From Candidatus Poseidoniaceae archaeon (GTDB taxonomy: Archaea > Thermoplasmatota > Poseidoniia > Poseidoniales > Poseidoniaceae): 64,000 bases of DNA. The notes beneath the pieces were generated by a model, which was given only the letters and a program-made list of their open reading frames with translations, ran no database searches and was not told the origin of the DNA. The position numbers and the translations under genes were made by a program. Shown one piece after another: positions 50,707-59,677 of this stretch (within the stretch, counting starts at the first letter, position 1; the number at the start of each line of letters is the position of its first letter). The DNA lies in the NCBI GenBank assembly GCA_949372875.1, contig CASIAW010000007.1, positions 24,736-88,735 of the forward strand, in the 5' to 3' direction.

Positions 50707-50942
50707 CTGGCGTTCGCAAACCAAAAGATGAGGCCGAAGAGCGACGTGCACGCATTGCTATTGCACAAGGCAAGGGTATGTCATTACCTGCTTTTATCGA
50801 AGATATTCTGAATGAAAAACCGGAAGAGGAATTTGTCGATGCAGTCCGAAACCGCATCGCATTTGCTCATGAGCAAGATGAAACAATTGACATTGTTACA
50901 CTGGTTAAACAGATGGCTGAGATTCAGGACCAGTGGGCTTAA
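50703..50942 (+). CDS. Small (79 aa) protein, possibly ribbon-helix-helix (CopG/ParD-like); third gene of the E1-like/JAB operon
   Basis: The segment RIAIAQGKGMSLPAFIEDILNE looks like an RHH beta-strand followed by a helix. There is no C-terminal GG, so it is not an obvious Ubl. The start shares an ATGA overlap with the JAB stop. Confidence 0.45.
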   Translation: MTGVRKPKDEAEERRARIAIAQGKGMSLPAFIEDILNEKPEEEFVDAVRNRIAFAHEQDETIDIVTLVKQMAEIQDQWA

Positions 50943-53078
50943 TCACGAATTTGAATAGGTCGGCTTTCGACCTTCAATCAATGCCGAGAGTCCCTCAAGT
51001 GAATCAGCAGTCGAGAAAATCTCAGTAAGTCCGTCGAGTTCGAATTGCAATCCTTGTGCTAGGTCTGTATGTCCACTTTCATCGATGAGCGCACTTGCCA
51101 TCTTTAGGGCATGAGGAGCCGTACGAGAAAGAGATTTGAGTTGACGGCCAACATTCCTGTCTTCTGCATCAAAGCCGTCTGGACACTTTCCTGCCATCAA
51201 ATCAGACATGTTTTCATCTGCGAAAAAAGAACGTGCAAAAGAGGCGACTGCACTGTCTGGATGTGCTGGAACACCCGGGTATTTGTTGTCGGGTTTACCA
51301 CTCTTGGCGAGTTGAGAAACGCAAGCATTGACGCCTGAGACATCGACAAGGTGAGTAAGCAATCCAAGATCAGCAGCAGTTGAAGCATCCATGAAATTAC
51401 CAGCTAAAACAGCCCAGCGCGCTGCTGGAATACCGCTGATTCGGGCAGGTCGTTGTGAGCCCCCGAGCCCAGGATAAATTCCAATCGAGGTTTCGGGGAA
51501 GCGGAATTGTGTGCGACGTGTACCAATCCGATAATCACACGCCAGTGCTAATTCAAGGCCGCCACCAAGCGCAAGTCCAGTCGTCAAAGCAACAGTGGTC
51601 TTGCCTGAGGATTCGAGTTTATCGAGTACAACATGCCCATTGGTGGTAAATTCAACAATGTCTGGTATTGCATCTGCGTGTATTTTATCGACAAAGAATT
51701 TGACATCAGCACCTGCGACAAATGCCTTCCCTGCACCGTCCAATACAATCGTGTGAACCGAATCATTGGCGTTGATTTTATCCAATGCGACACCAAGTTG
51801 AGACACAACGGTTTCATTGAGAGCATTCATTGCTTCAGGGCGGTTAATGGTAACGGTAGCAATTCCATTTTCAATGGCTGTATCCACGGTCGAGAAAGAC
51901 CAATCTTCATCACCTTGTTCGACGAAAAATTCAGGGACATTCCATGCACGGGATGGGTCTGCTTCAGCAGCCAAATCAGCATAGGATTGAGCCATTTGGC
52001 ACGAGGCTTGAACGCCGACTTTGTTCATCAACTCAAACGGCCCTCGAGCCCAACGCAAGCCAACTTTAGCACCGCGATCCACATCTTCCATGGAACAAAC
52101 ACCTTCATCAACAATTTGAGCAGCGACGCCGAATACGACTCCATACAAGCGTTCTGAAACAGTGGTGTATTGCTCATCAGAATAAGATTCTTCACCTTCG
52201 ATACTCCAGTGCTCATTTGCATCAATCAGATTTCGAAGGTTTTGAGCCCCGATATATCGGGGAGTGTGCAACTGTTCCGCCAAATAATCAGTCGAGTGGA
52301 GTGCAATCGGTGGACCGGTGAGATTCATCAATCCAAACGGCCCAAGACCAATACGGAAGGCTTTACGGGCAGCAGCATCAATCTGAGCAGCAGTAGCAAC
52401 GCCCTCCTCCAAAAGAAGGCACGCCTCATTCAACCAAGGTACGAAGAAACGATTGACTACAAACCCTGGACGATCTGCACATACGATGACGACTTTGCCG
52501 AGCATTTTGCAGTATTGAACTACTTTTTCAACAGTTTCCGGACTCGAAGATTGAGCAGGAATTACTTCGACAAGTCGGTTTTTAGCAGGATGGTAAAAGA
52601 AATGCAAACCAACAAATCTGTCCGCTCGACCTGTCGCTTCTGCCAGTGCATTGACCGATAGTGAAGATGTGTTTGATGCAAGAATTGTATCAGGGCCACA
52701 TGCTTTGTCAAGGGTGTTAAAAACTGCAGTTTTAATGTCGAAATCTTCGAAAACCGCTTCGATGACCAGATCAGTATCAATCGCCGTATTTTCAACACCA
52801 ACAACACCGGTAATTCGCCCTTGAATGGCTTCGACTTGTGCTGGAGAAAAGATTCGTCGTTCAACAGCTTCAGAAAGGAAATCTCGAATAATTCCTTGGC
52901 CTCTATCAACCCATTGTTGTTCTCGGTCGACCATTTGAACATCAAATTCTTCTTGAGCGGTTTTCTGAGCAATACCTGAGCCCATGTTCCCTGCACCGAC
53001 TATGGCTACGCGTTGAATAGGTTGCATGACCTTGCCAACAAAACTCGACTCAAGAACACTGCGGAGAGATGTTCTCAC
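50943..53078 (-). CDS. Fused 3-hydroxyacyl-CoA dehydrogenase (N-terminal) / enoyl-CoA hydratase (C-terminal) beta-oxidation multifunctional protein
   Basis: The N-terminal motif VAIVGAGNMGSGIAQ marks the NAD-binding HAD domain. A C-terminal crotonase fold carries the oxyanion-hole motifs (AGADVKFF...). The domain order is reversed relative to E. coli FadB. Confidence 0.9.
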   Translation of the reverse strand: MRTSLRSVLESSFVGKVMQPIQRVAIVGAGNMGSGIAQKTAQEEFDVQMVDREQQWVDRGQGIIRDFLSEAVERRIFSPAQVEAIQGRITGVVGVENTAIDTDLVIEAVFEDFDIKTAVFNTLDKACGPDTILASNTSSLSVNALAEATGRADRFVGLHFFYHPAKNRLVEVIPAQSSSPETVEKVVQYCKMLGKVVIVCADRPGFVVNRFFVPWLNEACLLLEEGVATAAQIDAAARKAFRIGLGPFGLMNLTGPPIALHSTDYLAEQLHTPRYIGAQNLRNLIDANEHWSIEGEESYSDEQYTTVSERLYGVVFGVAAQIVDEGVCSMEDVDRGAKVGLRWARGPFELMNKVGVQASCQMAQSYADLAAEADPSRAWNVPEFFVEQGDEDWSFSTVDTAIENGIATVTINRPEAMNALNETVVSQLGVALDKINANDSVHTIVLDGAGKAFVAGADVKFFVDKIHADAIPDIVEFTTNGHVVLDKLESSGKTTVALTTGLALGGGLELALACDYRIGTRRTQFRFPETSIGIYPGLGGSQRPARISGIPAARWAVLAGNFMDASTAADLGLLTHLVDVSGVNACVSQLAKSGKPDNKYPGVPAHPDSAVASFARSFFADENMSDLMAGKCPDGFDAEDRNVGRQLKSLSRTAPHALKMASALIDESGHTDLAQGLQFELDGLTEIFSTADSLEGLSALIEGRKPTYSNS

Positions 53079-53915
53079 TCAGCGGTAAGCGTGAAAAGAC
53101 ATTCGACCTTGATTAATCGTCTGTCTAAACGGTCCACGGCCAGTGAACATTCCCTTGATTGAGGAGAATAACCGAACGGGGAGTGAATAACGAATCCACG
53201 GGTTCTTTGGGTAGACAACTTCCACTCTTGAGAAGCCCAAATCCTTGAGCATGCCTTTCATAGCACCCACATTTGGAGCCCAATAATTTGTATCATCGCT
53301 GTTGAAAGAATCTCCCGGATAATAGACCATTGAAGGTTTCCAGCGATGCAAGTCATCTACAGCAGTCTCAATGATGAGCAATTCTTTGCAGACATTGGCA
53401 GCCACACGAAGACCAGCCATTGGGTCTTGAAGGTGATATAAGACTCCGAGGAACATGACAACATCAAATTCACCAACATTGTCAGGTGACACATCCATCG
53501 CGTCAATATCCAATGATTCGACTTTCGAATTCAGTGCTTTATGAGCGAAATTAAAACCATCTTTCGTCCCCCATCCAGGGCCACTCCAACAGAAATGATC
53601 GGTTGCCAGAACTCGCTTAGCACCAGCCTTTTCTGCTTGGAAAGAGAAAAATCCATCCCAAGAACCGATGTCAAGAACGGTTTTACCGCTCAAATCTTTC
53701 GGGAGGCAAATCTGTTCGAGTTTTGCCATGGAAGCATCTAATCCGGGCGTAACAATGCCGTCGTTAAGAGGGATTGAGTGAAACCATTTGATTGAATCCA
53801 TTCCGTCAGGGGACGTCTCTCCGGCCATGCTCGACGACGCTCTGCTTCTACATATGAGCATATTGTTCACGAAATGACTTACAACGAATCGTAAACTTCG
53901 GCCATTCGAAGACAA
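53079..53915 (-). CDS. Class I SAM-dependent methyltransferase
   Basis: Motif I is VLDIGSWDGFFSFQAEKAGAKRVLATD and the post-I acidic residue is present. The start is probably internal (~53828) because the long ORF overlaps the upstream GT by 37 nt. Confidence 0.7.
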   Translation of the reverse strand: MSSNGRSLRFVVSHFVNNMLICRSRASSSMAGETSPDGMDSIKWFHSIPLNDGIVTPGLDASMAKLEQICLPKDLSGKTVLDIGSWDGFFSFQAEKAGAKRVLATDHFCWSGPGWGTKDGFNFAHKALNSKVESLDIDAMDVSPDNVGEFDVVMFLGVLYHLQDPMAGLRVAANVCKELLIIETAVDDLHRWKPSMVYYPGDSFNSDDTNYWAPNVGAMKGMLKDLGFSRVEVVYPKNPWIRYSLPVRLFSSIKGMFTGRGPFRQTINQGRMSFHAYR

Positions 53916-55054
53916 AATCGACTTTGGTCGAATCGTGATGCAAATTCAATCAGACCTGAACGAGGTTTTGGCCAAACGTGTCCCTCATCCGCCTTGGTGC
54001 GGCTTTGCCAATTTGAATAGACTGAAAGGAGAGCTTCTCTCCAAGCCTCTGTATCTTCGGGGTCAAGACATGTATCATCAGGCATCAACTCATTATGTGA
54101 AGGAAGGTTTGAGCATAAAACAGGGGTGCCACAGGCCATAGCCTCAAGTGGGGGGTAACCGAATCCTTCGCTAGCGCTTGGGAAAAGGAGGGCCTCACTG
54201 GCATGGCGTAAATCCATGAGGGCATCGCTCGAGAGATGACCTCCATAGGAGACCCAATTGTTCACGTCGTATTCACGAGCAAGATGGGAGGCTGATAGAC
54301 CGCCATAAGGGCACTTTTCATTTCCTACATGGTGAACGATAATGTTCTGTTTCATCTCTTCATCCAGCCCACCTATTAATTGACAGAGGAATTTTAGGCG
54401 TTTCCGCGGTGCGTGACTTCCAACAACCAACAGATGGCATCCTTTGGATAAATTCGATGCTGGCAGAGAGGCTACGTTACTCGAACGTCCTTTGGGACTG
54501 AAAGATTGAAGATCTAAACCGAGAGGGACACATACTGATTTGATACCTGGGAAATACTTCATGCATGCTGATAAAGTCGCTTGAGAATCACATACCAAAA
54601 GATCTGCTCGTGCCAAACCTGCACGTAGTTTCACCAAGTCTCGACGCCGATACCATCGCGGATTGTGCTCCCCGACTTCGATGGATTCCTCTCCAACATT
54701 AATTCGCTCTGGAAAGAAATGGAACAAATCATGCACAGTGACAACAACTGGGATAGAACAGTCTTCAGGAATAAGGTGTGCTTGTTCTTGGTCTGTAATG
54801 TGAAGAATATCGAATTCATGCTGCTTTTTGAGAATCTTTGCTATACGTCTTGGGTGTGAAAACCAGCGTTTAAACAAGCGTGAGAAAGGATTCATCCTCT
54901 TTTTAATTGGGTATTCGCAAATCAATGTATTCGCCCATCCCTGAATGTTGCCATGGGTCAGTGAAGTGACAAGGTTGTGATGGGCGCCGCCAATACCGGT
55001 ATTGACGCCTAAGGCACCGCCTCGTACGAGCAACACCTGTTTGGCCATACTCAC
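53879..55054 (-). CDS. Glycosyltransferase family 4 (group 1)
   Basis: The C-terminal motif is FPSASEGFGYPPLEAMACGTPVLCSN. Confidence 0.8.
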   Translation of the reverse strand: MSMAKQVLLVRGGALGVNTGIGGAHHNLVTSLTHGNIQGWANTLICEYPIKKRMNPFSRLFKRWFSHPRRIAKILKKQHEFDILHITDQEQAHLIPEDCSIPVVVTVHDLFHFFPERINVGEESIEVGEHNPRWYRRRDLVKLRAGLARADLLVCDSQATLSACMKYFPGIKSVCVPLGLDLQSFSPKGRSSNVASLPASNLSKGCHLLVVGSHAPRKRLKFLCQLIGGLDEEMKQNIIVHHVGNEKCPYGGLSASHLAREYDVNNWVSYGGHLSSDALMDLRHASEALLFPSASEGFGYPPLEAMACGTPVLCSNLPSHNELMPDDTCLDPEDTEAWREALLSVYSNWQSRTKADEGHVWPKPRSGLIEFASRFDQSRFCLRMAEVYDSL

Positions 55055-55184
55055 CCGTAAGCGCGAGACTTCTTGAAAGGTGAGATGAAGTGTTAATGGA
55101 ATGGCTCGCTTTGTGAAAAAAGGAATCGGTGTTAAAATGGAATTAAGTAGTCGGTGTATCAGCGTTCACATAAGGAGATAAACA

Positions 55185-55646
55185 ATGCCGACTCTACCGC
55201 TCAAAGTACCTCGCGATGATTACAATATGGTTCGGACTTCGATTGAATCTGCTATTAAAATAGGTGGAGATATTCGAGGCATTTTGGGTTCGCAGCAAGA
55301 TCTCAATCCGATGAATGATTTGCATAATGAAGTATGCCGAGCAGGTGAAGCATTGAGTGTATTTGGTTCTCGATGGACCATTGAAATTCTATCAGCACTC
55401 TACATTTCTGGACCTCGAAGATTTAACCAAATGAAGAACCTACTTGAGGGGATTTCATCAAGAACGCTTTCAGACAAATTGCGCTATTTAGCGGACGAAG
55501 GCCTTGTTTCACGACAGGTTGCTGATGGACCACCTATCCGGGTGACGTATCTTCTTACCGAACATGGCCGAACATGTGGCCGACTTCTTTCTCCCCTAGT
55601 CGCTCATTTGAAAATTCATTTAGGCACCGTGCAAGCTCATGATTGA
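55185..55646 (+). CDS. HxlR-type winged-helix transcriptional regulator
   Basis: CRAGEALSVFGSRWTIEILSAL...RRFNQMKNLLEGISSRTLSDKLRYLADEGLVSRQV...IRVTYLLTEHG matches the HxlR/DUF24 family. AGGAGA lies 8 nt upstream of the ATG. Confidence 0.75.
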   Translation: MPTLPLKVPRDDYNMVRTSIESAIKIGGDIRGILGSQQDLNPMNDLHNEVCRAGEALSVFGSRWTIEILSALYISGPRRFNQMKNLLEGISSRTLSDKLRYLADEGLVSRQVADGPPIRVTYLLTEHGRTCGRLLSPLVAHLKIHLGTVQAHD

Positions 55647-56371
55647 GCGTTGCTTTCTGCGACGCACCCATAGGATGGATTAAGAAGGGAGAATGGGAAC
55701 CTCGTCGTATGCCTCTACTTGCACAATGGGTCCGTCAGCGACCGTGGTTGTCTGCTGGTTTGGCAGGTGCTGCTGGAGGCGTGGTAGGACTTGCAAGTGG
55801 AGTCGCAGCCGCCGCTACAGCAGTTGGCGCCCTTGCTATGGGTGGTGTATCTACGAAAGCGAGGACCTATGAGCATCCGTTGCGCCAACGTATTCTCTCT
55901 ACACTTGAACAACACCCAGGTTTGTGTTACAGAGAGTTACAATCAACCTTGAACGCAGCTAACGGAACTCTTCGCCATCATCTCGACGTATTACAAAGCC
56001 GAAAAAGCGTAACCGTTCTACCTGTCAACGGACGCACATGCTATTTTGCCGGCGCTCCAACTCAAGTCGAAATCTTACGGGGAATTGCCGTGAGTGAAGA
56101 GCGAGCAGCATCTGCCCTACCAATCGGATTATCTCTGGTTCAGAAATTGATCATTGAAGATATCAAGAATGAAGGCGTACCACGTTCTCAAGCCTCACTG
56201 GCTCGACGAATCGGCCGCTCACGAGCGACCGTTCATTCTGCGGTGAAAGTACTCCGCAGAAGAGGTATTCTGCGAGAAGACAGAATTGAAATGATGCCGC
56301 ATATCGATATGGAAATCGAATGGCATGGCTCGAAAGGTGTCGATTACGATTGGCACGATGACAGAAGATAA
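55643..56371 (+). CDS. Membrane-anchored ArsR-like winged-helix regulator carrying a second MarR-like wHTH
   Basis: A Gly/Ala-rich TM (LSAGLAGAAGGVVGLASGVAAAATAVGALAMGG) is followed by the wHTH RQRILSTLEQHPGLCYRELQ..., and then a second wHTH, SQASLARRIGRSRATVHSAVKVL. Confidence 0.6.
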   Translation: MSVAFCDAPIGWIKKGEWEPRRMPLLAQWVRQRPWLSAGLAGAAGGVVGLASGVAAAATAVGALAMGGVSTKARTYEHPLRQRILSTLEQHPGLCYRELQSTLNAANGTLRHHLDVLQSRKSVTVLPVNGRTCYFAGAPTQVEILRGIAVSEERAASALPIGLSLVQKLIIEDIKNEGVPRSQASLARRIGRSRATVHSAVKVLRRRGILREDRIEMMPHIDMEIEWHGSKGVDYDWHDDRR

Positions 56372-56379
56372 AGACTCTA

Positions 56380-56412
56380 TTTTTCGCCTCTTGAGAGGCA
56401 AATAAAACATAG
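56380..56412 (+). terminator. T-tract plus hairpin (ctatttttcGCCTCTtgaGAGGCaaataaaa)
   Basis: An oligo-T run and a 6-bp stem hairpin lie immediately after the 55643..56371 stop. Confidence 0.35.
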
Positions 56413-56450
56413 CCTTCAAAGACCCTCGGAATAAACACGTATCGAGTACT

Positions 56451-57560
56451 ATGTTTAGTGTCCGTTTAACAGAGGTTGCTTTACCAACCAGTGAGCGGGA
56501 AGTTGACAACCTCGTTGGCTGGTTTATCGACACATTATGCCTCGTACGCAAACGTGGAGAAGCGACCGCTGACCAAGGAAGAGCGGGGCCTGTTCATCGA
56601 TTATTGAGAGATTACCTCTTTGCACAACCTGACATAAGCTGGGATGCACAAATGTTAGCAGATGAACTCGCTTTAACGCCTGCATCATTGAACCATCACT
56701 TAACTCGATTAGTTGAAGCAGGCATAATTGGTTTTTCGAACGAAGGAAAAGGATGGCGAAGATATTACTTACGTGGCGGCTCGCTTAGTAATGCGATTGA
56801 ATTCTTTACATTACAATGTGAAACAATTGTCAAACAACGCATGGCTTTGCTCGACTCACTTTGGAATCGTGAAAACCCAAATATTGGAACAGAACCTGTT
56901 TCGACCGACACTCCTGCACTTAGTATTGGGATTGTCGACCACCGCCCATTACTTGCTGACAGTGAAGAAAGTCTCTTGTCCCAATGGATGGGTGATTTTG
57001 GATTACTCGGCGAGCGACCTGGCAAAGAAGCACATGCTGAATCAATATCTGTACAATTATTTGAGTTGCTTTTGAATCGAGATTTACCTCTTTCTCTCGA
57101 CGAAGCAAGTGAAGTTCTCGATGACGAAAAACCTCGCCTCGGTAGAATCCTAGAAAGGTTCCGAAATACTGGGATGGTCCAAAGAGTTCCGAGAATCGAC
57201 CGGCTCAACATCACTCTTTGGACGGCTATGACGGCACAACATCAACGCAGGGGAGAAGATTGGATGCTGAAGAAAGGTGGCTTCCAACGAATTCTTAACT
57301 CAAAGCAACAATCTGCTCTACTCTCGAGTCTAAAAAAAGGGAAATTGAAAGTCGAAGAAGTTGAAACATCAATGAAAGGTATTTCCAACGATGAACAGAT
57401 GCTATTACTCAATTTACTCGGTGGACGGCTTCCATTAGGTCACAGGATGGCAGGGTACACATCCGGAGAAGTACACAGAGAGATCGCCTCAAGAATCGAC
57501 AGAACCCTTCGCAGAATGCGCAGAGTTGCTCAATTACTTGAACAGGCAATGGTCTCCTAA
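56451..57560 (+). CDS. Multi-wHTH putative transcriptional regulator (369 aa)
   Basis: The N-terminal ArsR-like wHTH is WDAQMLADELALTPASLNHHLTRLVEAGII. Further helix-turn-helix-like segments follow. There is no enzymatic motif. Confidence 0.5.
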   Translation: MFSVRLTEVALPTSEREVDNLVGWFIDTLCLVRKRGEATADQGRAGPVHRLLRDYLFAQPDISWDAQMLADELALTPASLNHHLTRLVEAGIIGFSNEGKGWRRYYLRGGSLSNAIEFFTLQCETIVKQRMALLDSLWNRENPNIGTEPVSTDTPALSIGIVDHRPLLADSEESLLSQWMGDFGLLGERPGKEAHAESISVQLFELLLNRDLPLSLDEASEVLDDEKPRLGRILERFRNTGMVQRVPRIDRLNITLWTAMTAQHQRRGEDWMLKKGGFQRILNSKQQSALLSSLKKGKLKVEEVETSMKGISNDEQMLLLNLLGGRLPLGHRMAGYTSGEVHREIASRIDRTLRRMRRVAQLLEQAMVS

Positions 57561-57591
57561 GTGGCAATGAAGTTCAAGAAACAGCCAACCC

Positions 57592-58656
57592 TTGAAAAAC
57601 AAGGATTCTGAGCGATTGGTAATGAGCGAGCATATTGGCGCTAAACCTGGTGCGTGGGAAGGCGAGGCTCGTCCTCTTTTTCTTGCTCCAATGGCCGGTG
57701 TGTCGGACCTTCCATTTCGATTACTAGCGAAAGATTGCGGTGCTGATGTGACCATCACTGAGTTTACCAACAGCACAGCTCTTACGCGTGAAGCTGCTAT
57801 GTCGTGGAGAAAGATGGAGTCACATGCCACGGAAATTCCATTTATCCCCCAAATTTTTGGTGGTGATGCAGGCGATATGGCAACAGCTGCTGAAATGTTG
57901 GCACCAAGTGCAGATATTATCGATTTAAACTTCGGATGTCCGGCTCCCAAAGTTACCAAAATATGTGCAGGAGCGGCATTGATGGGTGAACCTGAGAATC
58001 TCGTTGCCATGGTGGATGGAATCATTCAGCGCGTCGATGTTCCTGTTACGGCCAAGATGCGCCTCGGTACGGGACAAGGTGAAAATAATGCATTGGAAAT
58101 ATGCAAAGAGCTCGAAAACATCGGCACGTCTCGGCTATGCGTTCATGGCCGAACGCTTCGACAACGGTATTCTGGCGAAGCAGACTGGAACTCTATCCAA
58201 AGAGTGGTGGATGCAGTCGAAGTCCCCGTTATTGCAAATGGAGATGTTGTCGATACCAAAAGTGCGAAACTGTGCTTAGAAAAAACGGGTGCTGCAGGTC
58301 TTATGATTGGTCGTGGCGCTATTGGTCGTCCTGCAACCTTTGGAGAAATCAAAGTTGGTTTAGGCTGGATGGATGAAGAGGATTTACCGTGGATTAAACA
58401 AATGGGAGAGGAGTGGTATCAGCGTTCAGAGATTGGCCGTGCTTTTGCAACCCGCAAATGGTGTTGGGACAAATACATCGAATATTCTCACCTCACAATG
58501 GGACTTCAACCACGATGGATGCAGAGGCATGCTGTTGCATTCACAAAAGGGTTACCAGGTGCTAAGAAAATTCGTAACCTAATGCATGGTGCCCCGACAC
58601 CAGAAGATTTCGCCACCGGGATTTCCAATTATTTGTCAGCGAACTCTACAGAATAG
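57592..58656 (+). CDS. tRNA-dihydrouridine synthase (Dus family TIM-barrel flavoenzyme)
   Basis: Motifs LAPMAGVSDLPFRLL and DLNFGCPAPKVTK (catalytic Cys) are present, along with a K...H...R pattern. An alternative start lies at 57622. Confidence 0.8.
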   Translation: MKNKDSERLVMSEHIGAKPGAWEGEARPLFLAPMAGVSDLPFRLLAKDCGADVTITEFTNSTALTREAAMSWRKMESHATEIPFIPQIFGGDAGDMATAAEMLAPSADIIDLNFGCPAPKVTKICAGAALMGEPENLVAMVDGIIQRVDVPVTAKMRLGTGQGENNALEICKELENIGTSRLCVHGRTLRQRYSGEADWNSIQRVVDAVEVPVIANGDVVDTKSAKLCLEKTGAAGLMIGRGAIGRPATFGEIKVGLGWMDEEDLPWIKQMGEEWYQRSEIGRAFATRKWCWDKYIEYSHLTMGLQPRWMQRHAVAFTKGLPGAKKIRNLMHGAPTPEDFATGISNYLSANSTE

Positions 58657-58661
58657 CGGAT

Positions 58662-59579
58662 TCAAATGAGTTCAAAAGGTGAAGATGCTAACTTTTTAGC
58701 CGTTTTCACAGCGTCAACGCAAGCCAAATAATCTCCATTGGGGATCAACATTCCTTCTTCACTCTTCATGACTTGTCCATTCAAGTCAAGGATTTGATAT
58801 CCTGAATCAAATAGAATTTGGAACACTTCTTGAGAACTGCGTTGAATCGATTCAAGAAGGGTTTCTTGTAATTCAAATAAAATGTAATCAATTTTTTTCT
58901 CGCCAAGGAGTGTTTGAGCACCGAGAAGAACATCTGATTCGAAACCTTCAACATCTATTTTGAGGAAATGAATTCGTTCAATCGAAAGTTCACGAGAGAC
59001 ATCGTCCATTGTGCGGACTTGAACTTTGATTTTATCGACGGTTGGACTGTTGTCGACATCACCAAGTGAATGGTGGCCGTGAAACCCTTTGACATGCAAC
59101 TGCATTTCTGTCTGCTCTTTACCTAGAGCCATTTGATGCAAAGTAATGTTCTGATTGTTCCTCATCTTCATTTGCGAGTTGATGGTTGAGACGTTTTCTG
59201 GATGAGGCTCGAATGCATGAACATGTTCACAGCGCTGGGAAAACCAGTGGCTTACTACGCCCATATTCGCTCCAACATCAAAGATCATACTCTGCTTATG
59301 GATGAGCGGCTGAATGCGGTCAAGCCATGGAACTGCATCGCATGCTTTACCGGAATTTAAACTCCAATCAAGCCGCTCACCGTAGCTCAGTACCCGAACC
59401 AAACCTCGTTCTTTATCATGAACCAATAATTCCAAATCACTGCTCGCAATTTTTCGGTCGAGCATGGGATAAAAAACCAATCGATTAAACAACCTGCCGG
59501 GAGTTCGGAGGCCATAAAAAAAAGCACGAGCGGGGAGGCTTCGTTTCTTTTCAATATTCGACATCTGCAAATCCCTCAA
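58662..59579 (-). CDS. FkbM-family methyltransferase
   Basis: FDVGANMGVVSHWFSQRCEHVHAFEPHPEN is the FkbM/Methyltransf_21 signature. Confidence 0.8.
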   Translation of the reverse strand: MRDLQMSNIEKKRSLPARAFFYGLRTPGRLFNRLVFYPMLDRKIASSDLELLVHDKERGLVRVLSYGERLDWSLNSGKACDAVPWLDRIQPLIHKQSMIFDVGANMGVVSHWFSQRCEHVHAFEPHPENVSTINSQMKMRNNQNITLHQMALGKEQTEMQLHVKGFHGHHSLGDVDNSPTVDKIKVQVRTMDDVSRELSIERIHFLKIDVEGFESDVLLGAQTLLGEKKIDYILFELQETLLESIQRSSQEVFQILFDSGYQILDLNGQVMKSEEGMLIPNGDYLACVDAVKTAKKLASSPFELI

Positions 59580-59677
59580 CGAAAGCCAAAGCCTCTTTGT
59601 TTATCAGTTGCATTCAACAAACAGTTGAATTTTCAAGGAAAGTACTCAAAAAAGGTTCTTAGAAGTCTCGAACTGCT

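Noticed and set aside
50703-50942. 79-aa third gene of the E1/JAB operon considered as the ubiquitin-like modifier
   Set aside because: It has no C-terminal Gly-Gly (it ends ...EIQDQWA). Its predicted beta-alpha-alpha pattern fits an RHH DNA-binding or antitoxin fold better than a beta-grasp fold.
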